Source: Lingula anatina
Taxonomy: Eukaryota > Animalia > Brachiopoda
Reading direction: 5' to 3'
Length of the DNA: 64,000 nt
Assembly: GCA_051362555.1 (NCBI GenBank)
Contig: CM120640.1
Location: forward strand, 44,866,788-44,930,787
Shown here: positions 1 through 9,900 of the stretch, one piece after another
Position numbering within the stretch: the stretch's first letter is position 1
How the letters are laid out: every line of letters starts with the position of its first letter
Translations under genes and position numbers: made by a program
The notes under the pieces: generated by a model
Seen by the model: only the letters and a program-made list of their open reading frames with translations
Database searches by the model: none
What the model was told of the DNA's origin: nothing

Positions 1-832
1 AAATATTTATTCCATGAGTGTTCATGGATATGATTGTGCAATGGAACTTGGTTGCAAAATGCTTTAATGTATGCAAGGCTCACCATATTGAATAGAAATT
101 AGTATAATTTTAGTAAAATTTCTTAATGTTTACTTGTTTACAAGAAGTATCTTATGAAAGAAAACCTGATATCACTTGATCATCCACAAATTATTGCATT
201 ATTTTGATTTAAAAAACACTCCAATTTTGAATAGACTTAAACTGAGATAAGTAACAATTACACTGACATGACATTCTGGTTCAGAGAGGCTGTTGTGCAC
301 ATTCCTTTGAACATGTTAATTTTACATTTGTGAAAATCCCCATTTAGCTCTGCATTTTGTATAACAACCAGCTGTTGCTAATGGTGTAATTAGAGTATTT
401 TAACAATATGCACAGATTTTAAACACAGTGGTATCTTTTTATAGCAGCTTTTAGTGTTTAATATAGAATATCATAGGTAACATTGACCTTTTTTGATTCT
501 GTCTAAATCTTTTAATATGATTGCATAAGACTGTATAGAATAGAATACAAATTCAGTTTCCTTGCCCTTTGTTAAATGTCACCTAATCTTGTATTCACAG
601 AAAAAAGGGAACAGATGATCCACATATACACCTATATTTAATAGTGTAAATCATTTCTGAAGATACTTTGTCAGATATGTGATCATTGTGCCTCATGGAT
701 AAAAAAAAGTTTTAAGTTTTCCTCATAAAAAATACACTTCACTTTACACTAACTATCCTCAGACAGGATTTGTTTTGATTTAGTAATTTTTTAAATCATA
801 TTTAATCAATCCAATGACATTTTTCTTTGCAG

Positions 833-951
833 TCTTGAAGGAACAATTTGTAGCCTGGTGTCATTGACAGCTAGCCATATCGCTTGCACAGCAGAAATTC
901 CCTTGGAGGTAATACTAAAGTCAGGGCCAGCAGACCTGTTCAAGGTACCAG
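833..951 (+). CDS. WDCP: WDCP exon (LEGTICSLVSLTASHIACTAEIPLEVILK...)
   Basis: ttgcag acceptor, CAG/gtaagt donor, open frame. Confidence 0.8.
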
Positions 952-3900
952 GTAAGTAACCTGGCAGATGTCGTTTAGGTGTCATATAGTTGGGGCTGCT
1001 AGTTCAGTGCCTTTAAGCTGTACATGTTAATAGTGCAGTTGTGGCTGTATATGTAGTCACCTCCTGTTGCACTGTCCTTGGTCTCTTTTTTGCTACCGTT
1101 GTAATTTGATTACAGATAGTTTGGCCTCAAGCTCACTGGAATTACCTGTATATGTGGAATATATATAGCTAATAAAGGACCTTTGTTGGTTTGACATGAA
1201 TTTATAGTTTCTAGACAGTTAAATGGATCAACACTTTCTTGTATTTTGATGAATAATTTTTAATATGTGTTAGAATATAAATGTATATGCTGTAACAACT
1301 GAGTTTTTTTTTTAATTTGACACTTTGTTTTCAGATGCCCCAAATGAAGTTACCAGTGAATCTTTGACAGATTCTGAAGAAATACTTCAACCAAAATTAA
1401 ATTCAGATACAAAGACTGCAGATAAGCTATTCTGCTTGGAGACAAATAGCCAAGTATGTTGTTATTGAATAATTGTTTGAAAGAAATGCACAAAACATTG
1501 AAATAGCACAGTTTAGATGTTATTTTTATCAGTTTTTGTCCTAATGTGCCAATACATATTTTTTATTTTTAACACATAGCTTTGATTATTATTGCATATC
1601 AATTTCAGAAAATCCATGACATATCTCAGCTATTAGTTGTGAGCATTGAATCTCGGACTGGTGAGCCTTTGAGGCTGATGGGAGCTGATCTAAAAGGAGT
1701 CTTGTCGCCAGACTTGCTGTACTTTGAGGTATTTGAGAATAGGGATTGCTGATTCTGAGAGAATATAAGTTGTTGTAATATAAGGTTGCCTTTAGTTTTA
1801 TGGCATAAAGTTACACGAAAAAATGTTGTAGAGGAATAGTTTGTGGGATGGAAGACATGCTCTCTGTTGAATTTAGGAAAGGTTTTTAATTTTTTCTTTT
1901 ACTTACCAGCCATTATATTTTGCATGGTGCATATGCTGAAGCCCAACTTGTGTTAATTGATTTTTGACAATTCAGTGGCTAATTTCATTGTTTTTGCATT
2001 ACTTTCATTTGCTTTTTTTTCATCCAGTTTTTCTGCAGGTTAAAGTTTGATTATTTATCAGATGTGTCTGGCACCATACATGAAAAAGTGACTAATTTGA
2101 ATATAATAGATATGTGTTAGACCCATGCAATGGTTTAAATTGTTATACCCAACAATAATTTGATTCAGTTTCATAATAATATTGATATTTCATAGTAGCA
2201 AGGTTACATAACTATATGGTAATGCCATTTGTGTAATTTCAGGGTAGCCAGCAGATGTTGGTGGTAGGTAGCAGTAACCAGGACACTATTCAAATCTACA
2301 GTATGGTGGACAAGCAATTGGAGAGAATGCATGCAATAGTAAGTCATTTTTATCACTTGTTTAAGGGGGGTTATGTCTGCCTCCCTTCTGTTATCTAGCT
2401 ATTCACCCATCTTTTTATGGTACTTTCATGGTACTATTGCCTGGAGTGGAATTTTAATTAAAACTACAACTAATCATTGTTTAACAGAAATACAAATTCA
2501 GTTTGAAAATTCTACAGCCAAGATGACATAAAACTAGAACACATTTGGTATAGCTTTTCTTGGGATGATTGGGTGGTCCTGATAAGGACCGCATGGTCAA
2601 CCATGGTGGGGCTATAGAAAAACAGCCAGCCAGTTGAGAAGTATAGTTCTCAGTGCTGTTTGGTGTCTATTGCTCCTTCAAACATAGAGACTGGGTTCGT
2701 AGACAGTGGAATACTGAATACATTCATGGCCCTGTCAGTCATGTTCTTGGAGTATCTCAGCAACATCTCTTTGAGGTCTTCCACATAGCTGAGCCTGACG
2801 GAGAGCTTCATTACCCAGGCTTGTCTTCTCTTATCTGATGCCCTGCTAATGCTGGCCCTTAGATGTTGGGCGTAGTTGTGCAACCACTGTGCATACACTG
2901 TGGCTTTGTGGCACTTGAGGAACGTGGTGTAGGTTGTATCGGCTGTAACAGCATTTCTTATTTCTTGGCAGTAGTTATCCATTCTGTGATATGGTAGTGG
3001 CTCTATCTTACAGTCCAATATGATAGCAGTAAGGTGGTGATTCTATATCAGCAAAGGTTTGCAAAGTTGGTGTTGATTCTTCTGCTCAGTATATGTTCTG
3101 AACCCTGTCAGGTAGTTGCAGTCTTATATATACCAGGGCCATGAGGTCTGTTAACATTCTGAATTTAATTAACAGTATGACACCTGCCATGTCATTGTTT
3201 TCTGTGTCTGTCAAGAAAGTCAAACAAGGTGACACTTCCCAGGTAGTAAACTGCCAGTCACCTGGCAGGCTGTCAGTGTCACCACGTAAGTGCTACCTGT
3301 AACTGTTGTCAGGTAGTAAATAGTCCTCTAAGATTCACCAGGTAGTTTCACCAGGTAGGAGGTCATTAATTCATCCATCTGTGCATTTATAATAATGATA
3401 ATAATCAGCCTTCCTTAATTTAAAATAAATGACAGAGGTGCTAGTAACACACAAGCTCAGCTTGCTATTTAGATATTAATATTTAATTTTGTTTGACATG
3501 TGTATAATAATGCTGTGAATATTCACCTGTAATTTAAGATATTGGGTATGCTAGCAAGAGGATTTGTTAAAGAAAGATAAACGAACATGAATGTGCTTTA
3601 TGTTAAGGCCTGAGTCCCAATAATTGCTGAACATGAGTATCACTTAATACATAAAGCTGAACATTTGGTCTAGCCCTTTGACAAAGTCATATCATTTATT
3701 TGGTGACAGTCTCTCTCATTGTATATTGTTAATTAGAAAGTGATATGTAATTAACACTTAATGCACTGGTATGCAATCAAGACTGAGACAGTTATTGACA
3801 CTGACAAGTTTGCAGCCTCACCTGAGAAATTGAGCTGACATGTTTGTTTATGCCACAGGTTGATGTGTCAATATATGTGTCAAAGAGGTTTTTTTTTTTT

Positions 3901-6900
3901 TAGATTTAGGCTTACTGCACACTTGAGAATAGATGTGATTCAAAACATCACTGTATCTTAAATAAAAAAGATGATTAAATGTTTTTTTTTAATGAAACAG
4001 ATCCAGTTAATTATTTTATATCACAAATTTAAAAGAAAGTATTGTTTGAAATGGATCACTTAATTTAAATAAATCTTTTGGAATGTGGAATGTGTATTTT
4101 TAGTGATTTTTTATATATATCACATTGTTGTCATTTACTTTATACTGTGGAAGATGTTAGTTGTAGATTTAAAAAAAAACTAAACTTTGATTTTTTTACA
4201 CAATTTTATAGTTTAACTAATTGATAATTACACTGTATCACATTTCAATAATAATAAAAAGATTCGAGATACATTGTTTGAAGGTTATTTCAGTTGATGT
4301 TTTTAGAAAAAAAGGCCAACTTCTTTCATTGAAAAGTGAATACCAAAATATTACCTCACTGGAAAGGTAGTCTGTATCTATGATAGAAGATATCTTTTGG
4401 GTCCTAGTCTATATATAAAATAACATTGAAGTGATACGAGTTACTATATATATTAAACCAAGGTCATTTTATACGTCCTTGATTAAACAGAAGAAGAAGT
4501 GACACAGATTAGAAATCAGCCAGAGCTTTTCTAATAAATCTGTGCTTCGTTATATATCTTCCAATTTGAAAAACACATTTACACTCAGTATCTTCTTTTG
4601 CAGAAGCTGAGCCAAGATGAGAGGCCAAAAGGGATATGTGGACTGTCCAATTCCTTGGCCACAGGGTCTGGCCTCTTAATTATGGTGGCCAAGCTGACCA
4701 AAAGTGATCCCACCTTCTTACCGTCCAGTCCATATGCTGAATATGAACTTTCACTGAAGTATATATCTATGCCACAAGGTAATTATTTAGTTTATTTGTT
4801 TGGTTGTTTTTTATGTTTATTAATGTGTTGTAGTACAATGTATGAAATATTCTTTTCTGAATATTTTTCATGTGCAGGTACTTGTCAGAGTTAACAAAAT
4901 TCAAAAATTGATACATCCAATGGTTTTTCAAATACCTTGCCATCAATAACATGCTTATAGCAAAAAAAATGGCTAAAAAGCATTAAAGATTTAATTTTGT
5001 TTGGCTTTTTTTTAACATCCCTTAATTAAGACTATAAAAGCCCTGGAGATTGGTCCATTTTAAATGGGCATAATTGGACTTTTCCTTCAATTTTTGCAGT
5101 AGTTTTTCTCATGAGTTTGACCTAAAGGACAATTTAACTGCCAAATGATAGGTTTGTTTGCAATAAAATCTTCGAGAATAACACTCGGGTCTAGAGTACA
5201 GGTCAAGGTTAATTGTAAAAGAGCACGTCTGATTATTCCTTACATATTTGTGATCCCTTTTTTATGAGTAAGGCCATGTAGAACTTGCACTTTGCAGTAG
5301 AATTAATCTTTTTCTAATGTTCGTCTTATTCTTCCAATATTAAAAATCCCACATTTTGGTCAGAATCCAACCTGCTTGAATCTTATTTACTTAAAGGCCT
5401 GTCAAAGACACATTTTTACAACAAATGTCCTAATTTTGTAATCACTCATTCATTGTTCACAATGACAACCACAGGGGTGTGACTATTAACTGTGCAAAGA
5501 CAGCTGCAAAGTTTTGCTTTGCTATTTTTCATTTTTATCTTTATTTTCAAATGTTCAATGAAGGTACACTTTAGCCATAATGTTGATACTTTATGATGGC
5601 TACAGTGATGGCTATCCCTGTTCCTCCTCTATTTAAATGGAAATGAATTTTTGTGCCATCTCAAATTATAATGAAAACAACACTCAGGTAGACTTGATTC
5701 CTGTTTCTCTTTAACTACATCTCTGTTTGTTTATGAAGTGGAGTTTAAAAACCCTGTAGCCAAATAATTCAAATTAACATTTATTGTTCGAAATAGCTCG
5801 GTTATGCCAGGATCAGTTTATGTTAACCGTTACTGAATTGGAAGATAGGAGTCGTGAGCTGACCGTGCCTAAGCGTTTGTTTTTTGGTTTTAACATATAC
5901 ATCTGAAGTAACTGAATAAACTGATAATTAGCATGGCATAAGGTGGGTTCTGCAAAAAACGCACATAACTGGATCCAATATAAGACCAAGTAATTATCTT
6001 AATCGTTTGGTATGAATCCTACTTGCTTGAATCCCATTTACTCAGATGCCTGCCAAAGTAATACCTTTACAAATTAAAAAAAAAATGTCCAAACTGTTCT
6101 CACTAAGCCAGAAGGCTCAGTGACCATTTTGTCTGACCAGTTCAGAGAGGTGTGACTGTAAACATGTCAAAACTGACCACTGCAATAGTGGAGGGGAGTT
6201 GGCAGCAATTATCCATACATCATGTATTAGGGAAGGGATGGCAAGTTGACAAGTTGGTCTTCCCATTTTGATTGCTGTCCTACCTCAGGCAAAGGTAAAA
6301 ACATTATTAGGGACTCTCTAAAGGTGAAGTTGTGTTGTCTATTACAGCCCCTAGTATAGATTTATATCAACATTAGTAACAGTAAGTATCAGAATATGTG
6401 CATATAATCATATGTCCTTTTGAACACATTTGTGTTTAGTTGTTTGTATATACTTTGCATATGGAAATAGTCAGATTATGGAAAATTTGTCACATATTGT
6501 GCACAGTTCTGTTTGAATGGTACCAAAATAAACACAAAGAGGGACTCAATATCAGATATTGATATTATATACGCATGCCCTCTGCAGTATATTGTATTGC
6601 ACAAAGCTACAGCAGTTCTGTCAGGCATTTTATGAATAGCAAATACCTGGCATATTTCGATTAAAAGGACTTGGGATATTTTTATTCATTAAACCCCAAT
6701 TGCTCTTTTGACAGTGGTTATTTGCTGACCCCAAAAGCACATCAGGTGCGCCAGCCATGTGTGCGTATGTAATACTGGTTTAATGTGTTTTATCATCTAG
6801 ACATTTTCACTGAGATATAGGTGAAGTTTAGGTGAGTGTTTTTATATATTATGTCAAGTTATAGCAGATCTAGTGCTATAAGGTACTGATAAAAGTAAAG

Positions 6901-9900
6901 CTACAAAAGTAACAAAACAAGTAAAGCTACAAAACAAGAGAGTTCTGGTATAACTTTTATTTTCCAAGATTTGTTATACTAGTTTGTGGATCTCACAAGC
7001 CCAAGATACGTATGTAGTGTAAGGTCACCACAGAGAGATATTGTCATCTTTTCTTATTTTTTTAATCTCTGGAAGTAAAATTGAAAAAATATACTTATTG
7101 ACCATGCTGTGCAGATGTTTATTAATTAATGTTATTTTTAACCACACTTAAAACAGTCACAGGTGTAGGTATAGTAAGTATATTGCCTGTGGCAGTAAGG
7201 CTCTGGTGAACCTTGCCACCAGCTCAGAGACATAAACAGTTATGGAAATAGACTACCTTTCTGTTATAAATAGATTACCCAGTTAACAGAGGGCTGTTAT
7301 GTGTACTCAAATGTTTTGTCAATGTGTTGCATACTTTATAGTGTTTTAATTTTTTCCCCTAAAATATGGCAGAGAATGTACCCGCGTGATTTTACTCAGT
7401 GAACTGTACCCAATGTCTCCGTGCCGCCTCTCTGTTTTGACTTAAACTGATATGCATGAGATCAAGGAAGTAAAAAGTGTTTTATTCAAAGGAAGTTTAA
7501 AAATTACTTTCTGCAAGACAAGGGTTCAGCCAACATACAGATATTTTGTCCTGGTGTATTTGGGGAGTTTGATCTCTAGACTTGTTCAGCATCTCAAGTA
7601 TTTCTCATGGTCTCCCTTCTAGAGCAAAATATGTAGGAGAAAAATGGGTGCATTTCTGTTACGTCTAATGCAGTGAGAATGACAATATATTTAAAGCAAA
7701 GTTATGAATCTCAATTACTCACCAGAGGTTAAGTGGCACCTTCTCTTGGGCTTGCATGACTCAGGGTAATGGAACTTACTGATGTGTACATGTGATTAAA
7801 TTGTAGTAAAATTGAAACATTTAATTCACCCTGAAAAAAAAAGACCTTCAAAGTGGTGACATTTGTGCAACAAAAACCACACTAAAGTTTCATTATAAAT
7901 CCATTACAGGTTAGAGATCATTATTTGTTGACTTGTCTATAATATATCCACCTTAGTGAAGGTGGTTTAGTTTGGTGTTTTGAAGTTGTTTTTGTGATAT
8001 GGGACCTGGAGGGAGGGAAGTTAGCAGAGAATTTTGGGGACCATCAGCTGTTCAGCTGTGTGAGGATTTCTAAAAAAAAGTCACTAAGAATAACAGATTG
8101 TTTTAACTGGTAGGTATATAGCCGTATCAGAAAGTATACTTCATCCAGGCCAGTGAATTAGACAGTTTTAAGTATCAGCTGTCTGTGTTTCTCTTCAAGT
8201 GCACAGTTTCATTTAAATACTTCTGTAACAAAGCTCAGTCAACCAACATTAATATTACAGCACCAATCCATCATGTCAGTGTCTGTTTTCCATCTCTTTT
8301 TTTTTCTTGTACATAAAGTGTTCAGATATCAAACTCCTTTTTTTTATCATGCATGTAACTATTATGTTCAGCTAACATTGAGGGTGTGTGGTGCTCTCAG
8401 ATAGATGGAAGTATATTATGTGGAGTAAAGTGGTACTTGTAGATATTAATGACGTATCCATCTTTGCATGTAAATCGTAGGATTAAACACTTATGATGTT
8501 TTTTAAATTATTTTATTAAGTCACATCTCAGTGTCTGCTGATGGCACACACAACATTACCACTGATATTTTTCTATAATGCTGCACCATTTCTATTTAGT
8601 CCATTAAGATATTTGGCTTCAAGTGTACCACTGCCAACATAACATTATGGAAATTTTTTAGGTTGCACATATTAATCCCCCCCTCCCCCTACCCCCCCCC
8701 CAAAAAAAAAAAAAAAAAAGGAAAGAAAGAAAAAAAAACATTCAGAGAATTGCATTGTGAAGTGCTATGTTACGGATATGACTCATGATCATCTGGCATG
8801 CAGGAAACAAATATAGAAAGTGAACCAGCATCTTCCAGCATCTGTGGCCGAGGTACATATGTCTCATACACACGATATTTCTCGAAAGGGGGACACCTTA
8901 TCCCCTTGTATATGGTAGAATCACAGAGTCTCTGGAGTAACATTTTCTTTGATGCAGGTCTTTAGGATAAACTACTGTATATTGATACTGTCCACAGTTG
9001 TTGACAAAATTTTAGTTTAAACATTGACAGCATAATCTAATACTGTTTGTGTGAGAATTCAGAAATGTAAAGTTGTACCAGCTAGTGTATCCATTTTAGG
9101 TTCCAACCAACATGTAATCAGAGTTATCTTATTTGTCAGTATTACAAAGAATTTAGATGAAAAGGTATTACCTGCACTTGCATGATTAATTCAGGCTGAC
9201 AAGATATATCATTGTTTAAGAATTGTGTCATCAAAAATACATGTACAAAGAAAGCAACTAACATATTTGCGGTGTCAGCTTCATTGGATGGTTACAAAAT
9301 GCCAATGTTAATATTTTATAACTGTACATTTAACTCTGAACTGTATTGTTCTACTTCAGGTTTGAAGAATGGTCCACCAACATTATTCAAAGAGCTGTTG
9401 CTAGCTAATGGCTCAGTACCCCAAACGGATTTCAGCACTTGCAAGGGAAATAGCATAAGCGCAAGCAAATTAGAAACCACCAAACAACTCTCAGCATCAA
9501 ATTCATTCTCAGGAGAGATGGATGCCCCTAAAATTCCACCAAGGAGGAATTCCAAACGAAGAAGCCAACTTGTGACAGAATTGAATGGAACAAATGGACG
9601 GCACTCAGATTTGGAGGTGGATAGAGTTGATTTTTCTCAGCAGCCACGGAGGTTTAATAAATCTAAATCAGAGAGTGACTGTACAAAACGCTTTAATGGA
9701 CTCCAGCTTTTACCCAGGACTGAGGATGCCCAGAGCAGTAATGGACAAGGAAAAGATTCTGATAACAGGTCTGTATCCCCAGCAAGTTCTGTTCAGTCAA
9801 GTACAATACAAGAAGAGGAGGATGAACAGCGACTTGTCGGAAAGGAATCTAAAGTGATCCCTGAGGATCGTTTGGATGGATGTGTAATTCAAAGTGAACT

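Noticed and set aside
2578-2602. Hammerhead ribozyme / Penelope-like element reading of CTGATAAG-GACC-GCAT-GGTC on the plus strand
   Set aside because: The core is CUGAUAA instead of CUGAUGA, no GAAA follows stem II, and no RT or GIY-YIG remnants are visible. The minus-strand histone signal (stem, ACCCA, HDE) fits much better.
2650-3018. Histone gene or histone pseudogene
   Set aside because: The translation shows no H1/H2A/H2B/H3/H4 motifs or basic tail; only the 3' signal is histone-like.
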